Source of the DNA: Euprymna scolopes
Lineage: Eukaryota
Strand: one strand, 5' to 3'
Length of the DNA: 64,000 nucleotides
Assembly: GCA_053919585.1 (NCBI GenBank)
Contig: CM132787.1
Shown: positions 23,161 to 34,932 of the stretch, piece by piece
Layout: the number at the start of each line of letters is the position of its first letter
Position numbering within the stretch: position 1 is the first letter of the stretch
Translations under genes and position numbers: made by a program
The notes under the pieces: generated by a model
What the model was told of the DNA's origin: nothing
The model's input: the letters and a program-made list of their open reading frames with translations, nothing else
Database searches by the model: none

Positions 23161-26100
23161 TACTTACAAACTTTTTCCTCCCGTGCTAATAATGATGTTA
23201 ACGTAATATCATTAACATGGGGAGAGGAGGGCGTTTTCTAACTATTCTTTTCATTCGTAATTTACAATTTGATAAAAAAGGATATCGTAAGTCTTAGAAT
23301 TAATTTGAAAATATTATTTAAAATAGCAGTAACGAAACTGCATAAGCACGAAAAAATTAATTCCTTGGAATGTGTAATTTTTTTATCTAATTTTTTACAC
23401 TATTCAATAAAAAAACATCGAATTATTAAATGGAGTCTATTGTAATAAATGCGAAAAGTTTCTTGTATGCACTTTTTACTTTAATTCTGTGAACTGCTTC
23501 TTGTTTTCCTTTTAAACTTATCTAGCCTTTGTTTGTATTTATTTTTTTTAGATATCACACCTTTTTTTGTCTTTCTTTTGTTCGAATTTCACAACTCGGC
23601 CCTATATTACTAAGGGCTGGGTTTTCTCTCGAACACCGTTGTCAAGGTAGCACGTAATTCACCATTCCCCGAACTTAGAATGAGGCTGGCTTTTCGGGCT
23701 CCATCTTTGTACCATAGCCGGATAAATATTTTACCTTTGATAAAAATGTAATATTTTGGAGTAAAATAAATTCATTGTAAAATCTCGTTAACAATGAATA
23801 TTAGATTCCTGGCATTATTTCAAACATAATTAGTAAAGTACGCCCTACGATATAAAATAAATAAAAAACTTGTTTGCACAAAAAATAGCTTAATTAGACC
23901 GTCGAGAGTGAAAGGTTTTGGCTTCGCAAAATAAAAACACACAAAAAATCGTCTAGCATAAGGTCTACATAGATCCAAAATATCAGAAATCAAAATTGTA
24001 TCTGGAAATAGAAAACGCGTGGGCGAGAGGAGGGAGGGGCGTGAAACCGAATTTTGATCTTTTTTTACCAGTAGTGCATACGTACAATATTATTGTGAAA
24101 TTTTGTATATTTTTTACCATGTTCTAAGTTATTTTTTTATTGTATTCCTGCGTTTGATTTTTAATTTTAATTTTTCGGGATTATATAAAAATTTTGTAAC
24201 GTGGAAGATTACATCTAAATTCGTGCAATGAAAATATCAGAATCGTACCAAAAGTACATTAAATGTGTCATCAAAACAAAAAAATACTTTTCACAATTTT
24301 AATCTATTGTGTTAAATTATTAAATAGACAATGCGTAATTCAATGATAATATTGTTAGTTCGCGAAATTAAGTATTTTTGTTATCTCGATTGCGTTAATA
24401 CATTTCTAAGTTTTCGTAATGTTGTTGAAAAATATCTTTTATTGTACAATTTACGATTTTTTTTTCATAAAAAAAGCAAAAATATATTCCGTCATTTTTT
24501 AATACTTAATGCCATAACTTTAAGAACTATATTCATTGGATAAACAAAATAATACATATGCACAAAGACTCAATTAAACCTGATGTCTTTAGCATATTTC
24601 GTGATCATTACTGAAAATTCATTAAAATTGGTTAATTTTCTAACATTTTATGAATCTTTAACTAAAGAGGGGGCACAATGTGTATACATTTTGAAAATCA
24701 GCTATTTATTAAATATGTTACGAGCTGGCAGAGGCTTATTTAAGTGATTGTGCCCTGGTTTGAATCTTCGACTCTATAATGGGTCTTTCACCCAATACTG
24801 CTCGTCAGACAAAATAAAGAAACAGAAAAAAATAATTAAAAACAAAATGGACGCATCTCACGTATTTTTAATTGAATGAGAAAATTAAGTCTCAAATCGC
24901 CTAAAAACCAAAAGGAAAGGAAATCGTATAAAATGCTGCCCACGTTGGACGATATGAAGATTACGCCTATTTAGCAAAGTATCAATGGGAATATCATAAA
25001 TGAAACCGAAGAAAGGCTGACATATAGCGTATGGCGTGTTTAGTCCTGAAATGACACGTAGTCTGAGATGTGTGGATTAATCTTAGTCGATCTTAAACGA
25101 TTACATGCAAAGCAAGAATGGCATAACACGTGGATACTATATAAGGTGTTTTATTAAAAATACATTCTAAAATTTCATGCAACACCCGAATATGCCGGGG
25201 TGGGGTCGAGAAAGCACNNNNNNNNNNNNNNNNNNNNNNNNNNNNNNNNNNNNNNNNNNNNNNNNNNNNNNNNNNNNNNNNNNNNNNNNNNNNNNNNNNN
25301 NNNNNNNNNNNNNNNNNNNNNNNNNNNNNNNNNNNNNNNNNNNNNNNNNNNNNNNNNNNNNNNNNNNNNNNNNNNNNNNNNNNNNNNNNNNNNNNNNNNN
25401 NNNNNNNNNNNNNNNNNNNNNNNNNAATGACAGTTCCGAAATAGACGATGGAGATGGAATTGGATCAGGAGATAGAAATGGGAACTTATCTGCAGTGTTA
25501 TCTGGGTGTATTACATGTGTGTGAATGTAAAAATACATGTCAGTCTTTTTTTCAGTTTCGTTGGTGCTTTTCCCGGTGACATGAGGACTTCACGAAATGG
25601 GTGTTATCTTCATATTCTTTCACGTGGGCAGCATTTTATACGAGGATTTCCTTGTTGGTTTTATTCAAATCGAAATTTAATTTTTTCATTCAATTCAATA
25701 TACGTGCTGATTCCATTTCCTTTTAATTGACTCTTCGTTGACGGCGGAGGCATTTGCCTTACGCTTGGATGGTGATAATTTAGGCATGGTGATAACGACG
25801 CGATAATTTACGCGTCTTTTCTCACTGCTGTCCTAATCAGAAAACACACATATTTTAACGTATTTAATATGTGTGTGTATGTGTGTGTGTACACCTGTGT
25901 GTGTATGCGTGTGTAGTTATTCACACTCACTTAGAATGTATGGATGTATAATAGAGTTGAAAGCGACATGGAAAACGAATAGAGTTAAGATAGCACCACT
26001 AATAGGAGAAGCGGTAGAAACAAAACGGAAAAACTTCNNNNNNNNNNNNNNNNNNNNNNNNNNNNNNNNNNNNNNNNNNNNNNNNNNNNNNNNNNNNNNN

Positions 26101-27001
26101 NNNNNNNNNNNNNNNNNNNNNNNNNNNNNNNNNNNNNNNNNNNNNNNNNNNNNNNNNNNNNNNNNNNNNNNNNNNNTTATTCACACTAAGAATGTATGGT
26201 TGTATAATAGATTCTCGATTACTGTATTATTCTGGCCGTAACAGCTCGCGTGTTTTACATTTCTTGTAGATTATTTTTTTCTCAAGATGAGATGTCGTTT
26301 ACCGTATTCTCTTTTAAACACTTGATTACATTTTATACTCGGTTTATTCAAAATGTCTTCTCTTTTATAAGCTTGAGTACACCTCAATCTATATCCTTAC
26401 ACTGAAGTGAATATGCCTTCAGCCATTTTCTTTAATCTTATATATTATCATTTTTTCTACGATTCTTTTAAATCATTCATTTAATGAAATAACAAACAAT
26501 CAGAAGAAAAAAAAACTCTATACATACTTGTTAATTAAACGAACAGATAACACCTGAAAATAAAAAAAAAACAAAAATGATTGCTCCGATTATTTATTTA
26601 TTTTTATTTTTTGTTTAAACATAAACGGTGCGCTCTTACTGAGAAACAAAAATACGCTAACGAAAGCCTAATAAATTGGAAGAAATATAAATAAGGTATT
26701 TTTTTTTGAAATTTTAAACTTATTTGAATTAATTTTTATTATTTGTGAAACAGTTTTTTCATTATCTAAAAGAAATTTAAAACAAATTGGAAATAAAGCC
26801 CTTCTAATTCAAGGCTAGACGTTTGGATCTAAAATGTTGTTATATAATTCTCAGAAATAGTTTGTAAAACAATACGTGCAAGAAACGTATTGTTATAAAA
26901 ATTGAACTTAACCCCAGCAATTAAATTTGGTATCATTTCAAATATGATGTACATATTTATGTTTAAAGTAGATGCCAACTACTAATGTATAAATTTGAGG
27001 C

Positions 27002-27070
<69 letters not shown>

Positions 27071-27093
27071 AGAACGTTCTCAAATATATAAGA

Positions 27094-27762
27094 CTAGCAG
27101 GGAGACCTGATGTTGCCCAGGATTGAATGATGATCAACAAATATTTCACACTCCTATACTTTTACTGTCATCGAAATCCTTGAAATAACACGGGGGAAGC
27201 ATCACACGCCTTCGTGCAGTAACGGTCTAAATATATGTTCTTCTACTTTGTACTGTAGAGAACCTAGTGTATCTTTTATGGAATTATTTTATATACACTT
27301 CTTTCCAGTTAACGAAAAAAAACATAAACACATTGACGTACGAAGTTTTAACCTATAGACCATCTCATGCTGAAAAAAGGAAAGAAACACGTACATTTTT
27401 AAGTCGTTTAAATTTCCTTGCTGTTAATGAAAGAAAACTAAGCAATTTACGGGCGAAACTTGAACCTACGATCCACCTCGTGAAAAAAAAAAATCTTTAC
27501 AGTAGAATATTTACGGCCCGTTGTTTTATCATTGCTGCTAAGCGACGGCATGGAGAAATTGCCTACCGATAATAGATACATTTCAAAAAATGGTTTCGAT
27601 TATCGATAATTATCGGGCATATTCTTAGATAAAAATTTTACTAATATAACTCACATACTTATACACTAAATGCTGTATATATTCAAGCAAATCTGTTAAT
27701 CGGTTCCGGCATCTATAAGGAATAAACTCATAGAGAAAAAGTTTCATTTATATGAGTGTAGA
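27094..27762 (-). mobile_element. Putative non-autonomous Helitron
   Basis: On the minus strand it starts TC (GA at 27761-62) and ends with a degenerate CCTGGGCAACATCAGG hairpin followed by CTAG|T. Confidence 0.5.
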
Positions 27763-27782
27763 TATATAACAAAAAAATTGAT

Positions 27783-28998
27783 TGTCTCTCGACAAAGGCT
27801 TAATTTCTAGGGCAATTCTTCTCGACATATCAAAGACCTTCGACATTATTTGGCATAAAGGCCTACTACACAAGATTTCCAGCTACGGTATAACTGGAAA
27901 TGTTTTCTCGATCATTAAATCATTTCTCTCTGATAGCCTCATAAGAGTAGTGGTTGATGGGCAGAAATCAGAGACCCACAGTATTAATGCTGGAGTCCCT
28001 CAGGGGTCCATACTGGACACAGGTCTCTTCCTGAGCTACATCAATGATCTCCCAAAACACATACTAAAATCCTTCGTTGACATCAATGCTGATGACACGA
28101 CCATCTATGGCAACACATCACAGGCCGTAAATGATGATGTTCTCTCTGATTCTCTCTCCTCTGAACTTGAGCGCGTGGTACAGTGGGCAAAAAGGTGGCT
28201 GGTTACCTTTAATGCATCTAAGACCAAGCTCCTATCTCTACATCATAAACACTCTGATCCCCGTCTAGCATCAATTGAAATGGATGGCTCTCGTCTAGGG
28301 CAGGCTTCATGTTTTGATAAGCTTCTAGGTTTGATCTTTACTCCTGATCTTAAATGGAACACATACATCAAATCGGTGGCAAAGGTCGCTGGGAAAATGG
28401 TGGGATCCTTCTACCGCTCCAGAAGATAGCTCACTAATCATGCAATTCTCTATCTATATAAGACCCAAGTACGTCCAAAGATAGAGTATTGCTGCCACAT
28501 ATGGACAGGAGTTGATAAATAAGCCTATCCTGCCTTGACAGAGTACAAAATAGACTACATGGCTTAGTGGGGATACCCTTTTCTCTTCCCTGCAACCTCT
28601 TTCCCACAGAAGAGACGTAGTGAGTCTGTCTTTATTCTATCGTTATTTCCATCGATAGAGCTCGTCTGAGCTCCATTCTCTGGTCCCCCCTCGCCAATCT
28701 TTAAAAAAAAACACCCGACTAGCTGAAACCCCCATCAATAATTTTCCCCACTCCTTATCTGTGCCTAAATTAAAACGTAGATTCCACGAACAAAGCTACT
28801 TTCTTAGAACTGCACGCCTGTGGAACTCTGTGCCGCTTGCCTGTTTCTCTCCCGACTTCAACCTGGATGTCTTCAAGTCCAACACAAACAAATTCCTGAT
28901 GAACCGCCCCCCTAAGTAATGACACCTTATCAATTCTCCAATACTATTGCTACACTATCCCATCGAGTACTGTACACACGATAATCCTTACCCCCGAG
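27783..28998 (+). mobile_element. LINE copy E (RT 3' half)
   Basis: ORF 27782-28429: LDISKTFDIIWH, GVPQGSIL, NADD, WLVTFNASKTK. Truncated family tail at ~28982. Confidence 0.9.
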
Positions 28999-29941
28999 TA
29001 AACAAAAAAAAAATATTTCAAATTGGTTCTACGATATCAGTCTATCAGAAAAAAAAAACTGTTTTCCATCTAAAATATATCAAACAATGTGTGTTGTTTT
29101 GTTTGTTTTTCAAAATAAATACGATTCTACAAAATAACACGTAAAAAAACAAGACGTTTTACTGCGAAATAACCAAATCAAACAATATAAATAAAAAGAT
29201 TATTATATAAAAAAAGGAAGGAAGCATAAAAGGTTTCAATAATTGTTTGGCATTAAATAACATTAACAAAAAGTTCAAATACGATTTCAATTTAACGGTT
29301 CAAGACAAATTTAATTACGCGTTGGAGTGCCTTATTAAACGGGTTGTGGGCACATCATGTTTTTTTAACGTTATCTCAAGTCAGATTTTATTATTATATG
29401 CAATACTATTCAGAAAGCTATGAGTATATGAATGTCGAATTACTCTTGCATTATATAGCAACGCATTCTAAATTATCAAAACTTGGTAAATTGAATAATC
29501 AGGCCGGGGAAACTAATAGTTATTTTATATACGGAGGTTTAGATCGTACATTTTTATTTAAATAACACACTGATATAAAACTCAATATCATATTCTAGAT
29601 ACACAATCTGAACCATGGTAAATTAAGTAAAAGAATATTGCAGAAAGTTAACTATAATATACCTCATCTCTCGACACACAAAATGAAAATATAATTGTTT
29701 TTTTTAACATTTCTGAGGAACTCTACTATTATTTTTACGCACAATACCAATATTATTTCACCAATATAATATTATGACAGTAATACTGGAATCTTACAAT
29801 AAAAATCAGTAGGCATGATATGATAAGTCTGCTCACATCACGTGTATATGTAGGATTAATCGATGTTACTGAACATAACATTCGATCGTTCACTTACGCA
29901 GATCTACTCTGCTGGACAAATTCATTTGATTTATTTAAATA

Positions 29942-30836
29942 CTAGCATTTCAGCTCGGCGTTGCTCGGGTTGTTGGAGGTGTATGCTGACCAGAAAAAAA
30001 GAAGTTGTATTAGGAAGGCAGGCTCGAACCCGTACCATGATGGAGCGAAAAAAGGGGGGGAACGTGACATATTTGCTGTTACGATCACTTTCAAACGGGA
30101 AGAGACGGAGGTTTAAATTAACGCTAGCCAATCGAAAAGAGGTGATGACTTTCGACAATATCGGCGAAAAAAGAGACCTCACCCTGTAGAAAAGTGTCCC
30201 GTTGAAGGTGAAGAAATTGGTGTTTTTAGCCAGTTTTTGATATTTGTCGTCTTAAAGGTCAAGCTTGAAAACGGTACTGATTTTGTGAAAATCCGTCGCT
30301 ACTGTCGAAAGTTTTAGGCAGACATGCAAGCATACATACATGCATACATTTATATATTGGAAGCTCAAATTTTCGACCCAAACGGAGTAAACGTTTGCCT
30401 TATCTTTGAATACCCTTTATGTAAAACTTCAAATGTTTAGACCAGAAATTGTCTGAGTAATTTGGTAGAGAGTGCAGCGGTCAATATATATTTTTTTTAA
30501 TTCAACCCGTGTTCTGACGCCTGAATATTCATTGTTTTGGGCTCAAATCAAGTTATTAAGTTAGATCCATGTCCAAGGAACCTATATCTAAAATTATAAG
30601 TAATTAGACCCAAAATTGGCGGAGGTGTTTGAAAGAGTTCTCAAAGGCTAAATTGTTGAATTTGGACCCCTTAACAGCCAACTTTCTGGCAGAAAGATGT
30701 TCCCAAATCTCAGTACACTGTATATAAAATTTTGAGTCTGTAAACTGAAAATTGGCAGAGATATTGTGTAGGGCAATATACACAGACATACAGAGACACA
30801 GACATACATACACTTTCACTTTTTTAGATATATAGA
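29942..30836 (-). mobile_element. Non-autonomous Helitron, ~0.9 kb, apparently with both termini
   Basis: Minus strand A|TCTATATATC ... ACCCGAGCAACGCCGAG (hairpin) .. CTAG|T, inserted between A and T with no TSD. The body matches the 45663-47132 array. Confidence 0.75.
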
Positions 30837-31039
30837 TAGGAGGTGGTAACTATAGTACATTCTATAATAATTATGAATAAATAACACATTACTAGTTCAA
30901 AGGAGGGATATTGCTGTTTAGGGGCATCTTATAACAAGGTAGTATATTCAAGATTATGACAGCAATGGATTGCTAACTGACAGTACAGTTAAATAAACGA
31001 TGACCGTTCAAAAAGCAGGGTCTTTTATTTTTAAACATG

Positions 31040-31530
31040 AAAAATTATACGTTTAATAGCTACCAGGACGAGTGTTGGCCCATTAAAACAGGCAACATTT
31101 TGTGCAGCACAATTCATTTTCTACATAGTCTCTACAATTCCTAATGGCATGTTGCTATTTATGTCTCAGTCGTAAATGCCAAAAACACGCTTTGTCACTG
31201 GCATCTCAGCCCCCAGTCTGAATTCGACTAAACTATTTCCTTCCAGTGCTTGCAATAACTGCCTCCGCTTCGTTAACGTTCAACCGAACCGGTTGAATGT
31301 TTATCGATTCAGTTTTCTCTGCATGGAGAAATTCAATCATACATCTGTTTCGTAGACACGTTCATTAAATGAATACATTCCTTAGAGTTCCACTCTTTCA
31401 ATATCTGTAACAAACAATGAAACTTTCAGGTCATGAATGCATACGCTCAGTAATATTTCAAGTTCTGCTTCATAAAGTAACTTCTCTGACCAGAATTAAC
31501 TGTTCAGGAAAGCGGACGTAGAATAAGTTT
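31040..31530 (-). mobile_element. mariner transposase N-terminal remnant
   Basis: Minus strand reads RCMIEFLHAEKTESINIQPVRLNVNEAEAVIASTGRK*FSR, a decayed mariner HTH region (R.VIEFL.AE...IHRRL.NVYG...V..STVRRW..RF). Confidence 0.6.
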
Positions 31531-31740
31531 GCTTCAGGTTCTGCTAAAAATATGTTGCAATGAGGAAACACCAAATGAAGCATATGAGATTAATTTCATA
31601 TAATGTGTTTATATGTTTCAATTTAAGTAGGAATATCCCCATATTACATTTTCTATTCAAGTGTGTACAGTAAGAATGCCTTTACTATACTTGTACACGA
31701 TTTTGAGATTTACATAAATACCCAGGATACACACACGCCC

Positions 31741-31799
<59 letters not shown>

Positions 31800-31800
<1 letters not shown>

Positions 31801-33997
31801 CAAACAAACACAACGAAACGACCGGAACATATTCATACCATACACTCATCCCCACCAACAAGCTCAACGAAAACTCCGATCTAGAAGACCACGCATCCAC
31901 ACAAGAACACAGGCACCATACAATCACAAATACTACTACCAAAACACTCCAAAATAACATATAAACAACCGACAACCCACTACCACATGGCAATACTAAA
32001 AGATACACCCTCCCACACAATACGAAAATAATTACTACGAAACACGTCACCCAACTCAGTCAAGAAATCTCTTACCCCACCCCACCCACACAAACCAACA
32101 AGGATCCCCCTACTTAACAACACCCACCGAAATAACCAAATGGAACTAACCGCCACTATATATACCACCCAACAGAAAACAGTCCTTACAACACTCACCC
32201 TCAGTACCCCACAGTACAAAACCGACTCCAAAAATACCCCCACACAAACACAAACAATCCAAATACCCCAAGTACCAATATAACCCATACATCCCTACAA
32301 AACGACATAACCAACCTCTCAACCGGATAAACGAAACTAACGACCCTCACAATAATTGTTTTAGGAATCACTCACAAAATGACACCACCAGACTAGACAA
32401 CAAAAAAACCAAAGTCATCAACCTATCAACAAAGACACTTGCAAAGGACGAAATTGAAGTACTAAAACTAGGCATCAAATTCTGCACAATTCCCAAAAGT
32501 AACATAGCAGAGTTAAAGAAAGACCTTAAAGAATTTTAACGCGAATTCAGACTCATAAATATACTTAATGACAGTGATAACAGAACAGACGACTCTCTAG
32601 TGAAAAACAAATCAACATACTTCCCCAACAAACATAACAACACAAAAGAACTAAACCTTTATTTGGAAGGATCTGGAACTACATAGGCGCCACCAACAAT
32701 TTCAGCAATAGAGTGGCCTTACATAAGAGCAACATCAAACTTGCAGATAACAGGCACCTCTATGTTTCAAAACACGTACACAAATGCAGTGGAAACAGCT
32801 CTAAAATAATGCCAATCTTCCAAAGAGACAATTATTTTTATGTATGTACACAGGAAAAAAATAATCATCACAAGATTCACTCCTGAACAAAGCAGAGCTT
32901 AATATCAACACACAAAAGCATGAAAGGCAAGGAACACTTAAATCAGAACCGACACATTAAAGCACACACACACGCGCGCCTACAACCACACACAGACATA
33001 ACACCCCTATCTCTTATACAACACCCTGAACAATACGAACCCTACTTAACCTCGAAATCAACAACACTAGGAAACACATAGAACCATAGTATAATATCTG
33101 TTCCAGCACCTCGCTCCATCCTCGGTCAGTGGAGGAGAAATCTCTCATGACTGAGACAACTATCATCCCTTCTATCATCCCCCGCCCATACATATACCCT
33201 TCCAATTGGCCCCTCCCCTCTGGGGAACAGGCCCTTCCCCACACTAGGAACCGATCCTGGGTATGGTCACACCCACATGGGGAGACAAATAAATAGAAAC
33301 ATTAAAAAATCCCCTATACATATTTTTAAATACACCCCTCAATCTAAACAAACATAATATAAAGAATACCCGAACAGTCTAAGACTGAAACGAAAAATCA
33401 CAATACTAAAATCTAAGAATCCAGAAAATAAATATCGAAATAGAATGAAAGCACCTCTACCCTTATTTCAGAAGAGCTGGTTCCCCCCTCCTCACACATA
33501 CACATTAGTAATGACCTGGGATCACAGACACCTTCCTAGGGAAGCAAATAACTTCATAATACTATAAAACAGTACACACATTTTCAAACCAATATAAGAA
33601 AAAAAACAACATACACACATCCTACCCTAAAGGAAAAGAAAACACACAAGCAGAAAGAGAGAGTGAGAGAGAGAGAAACACACCACAGGAGTGACCACAG
33701 CCCAATAAAAGAGTAATAATAATTGAACATTCCAATGAATAGTAGACACTTACACGTTTCCACCTCTTGGAAACACTTCAAATAAACTAAGAAAATACTA
33801 TTTTTACATTTCCAACACATTTTGAAAATAATTTCTGGAGAGGACGCTTCACAGAACGTCTGAAACGCGTAAAAACGATTTCAATTATTTAAAAACATTA
33901 TTACAATGATCTAAACATAATTTTCAGTGAAAAACCAAGACACGGGATAATAAAATAGTGTTTAGAAATACACATTGTTGGTGACTACCCCCTTGTT

Positions 33998-34000
<3 letters not shown>
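31800..34000 (+). mobile_element. Penelope-like element, internally deleted (N-terminus joined to GIY-YIG, RT absent), flanked by (TA)n on both sides
   Basis: KVINLSTKTLAKDEIEVLKLGIKFC at ~32411 is a typical PLE N-terminus. NYIGATNNFSNRVALHKSNI..HVHKC at ~32678 is the second half of GIY-YIG. Strongly C/A-skewed flanks and a hammerhead-like motif at 33835. Confidence 0.75.
33824..33882 (+). ncRNA. Decayed minimal type-I hammerhead ribozyme in the PLE 3' region
   Basis: CTGGAGA (one change from CTGANGA) - GGACG/CGTCT stem II - GAAA - CGCG - TA. Stem I pairs only partially. Confidence 0.55.
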
Positions 34001-34074
<74 letters not shown>

Positions 34075-34519
34075 GTGGATATGGATATATTTATGCGCAC
34101 GCATCTTAATTATGTTCACGAAAACTTTCAATAATTAATCACGATGTAATTATGTCTTACTTATCAACGTTTATAACGTGTTTTTTTTTCACGATATTAC
34201 TTACGGTGTTTTATATTTAAATATTTACTGCAATTTCAAGTACATAACATTTAATTAATTACAATTAAATAATGCCATTTTATTCTTTTATCATCTTCTT
34301 AGTGGTAAGTAATTACATTATTTTTCTTTTCCTCTTTCCATCATTTCTATGTATTTACGAGCGGTTAGTTGATATATGAGATTATTCACATAAATCTGGT
34401 CGTTCACTTTTTGCTTATAATATTTTACTCATTAATCTTATACGCATAGTCACCCTGTTTACAACTATATTTATTCTACTCTCCATATTTTAAATATGAA
34501 GACAATTTTATATACTTAT

Positions 34520-34902
34520 TGTAACGTGCATCCAGGAGATAAGCGCCCGCGTGTTTGCGTGTTGTGTGGGTACGTGGGAGAGACGGATGAGGGGAAAAAG
34601 ACTTACCTCGAGACCAGCTCAGCGTTACCGACCAAAAATAGAAAAGAGGGACCAAGATGGCGACCGTCGTCTTTTGTAAAGTATGATGTCTCTCAAAGTC
34701 ACACGAATTCTCGGAATATGCAAATTTAGCCGGCCTAGAACGACGATAAAAGCGGGTGAGGGGAAAGACGTGGGGAGGGACGATTGAGTTGGCTGGGGAA
34801 TCGTGTGGCTGTTGCTTCTTGTTCCGTGTTGAGGATATCTTACCGTGTTAAAGAGAGAGTCGGGCGCCATCTTTAATTTTTCCTTACATTTTTTTTCTTA
34901 CA
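34520..34902 (+). repeat. 5' LTR (383 bp)
   Basis: TGTAACG...CTTACA, a direct repeat of 38568-38949. Confidence 0.97.
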
Positions 34903-34914
34903 AGCTATTTCGGC
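34903..34914 (+). promoter_or_regulatory. Atypical primer-binding site complementary to nt 1-12 of tRNA-Phe(GAA)
   Basis: AGCTATTTCGGC lies immediately after the LTR-terminal CA. Its reverse complement GCCGAAATAGCT is the 5' end of metazoan tRNA-Phe as recalled from memory. There is no TGG adjacent to the LTR. Confidence 0.65.
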
Positions 34915-34932
34915 CATTTGGCCTCTGGGACT

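Noticed and set aside
25426-25790. Minus-strand MPKLSPSKRK.. reading, possibly a DNA-transposon ORF
   Set aside because: Early stop, abuts a gap and has no diagnostic motif.
31685-32288. Hydrophobic V/C/W-rich minus ORFs suggesting membrane proteins
   Set aside because: Artefact of the C/A strand skew of the PLE flank.
34496-34870. Small ORFs in the LTRs (34496-34729 +, 34625-34870 -, 38673-38978 -)
   Set aside because: They begin outside the element or are antisense; the plus ORF is just the pol tail frame copied in the 5' LTR.
34903-34925. Canonical TGG PBS or Tf1-like self-priming
   Set aside because: The nearest TGG is 16 nt from the LTR (34919) with no tRNA 3' end match I recognise, and the complement of the PBS was not found within the LTR.
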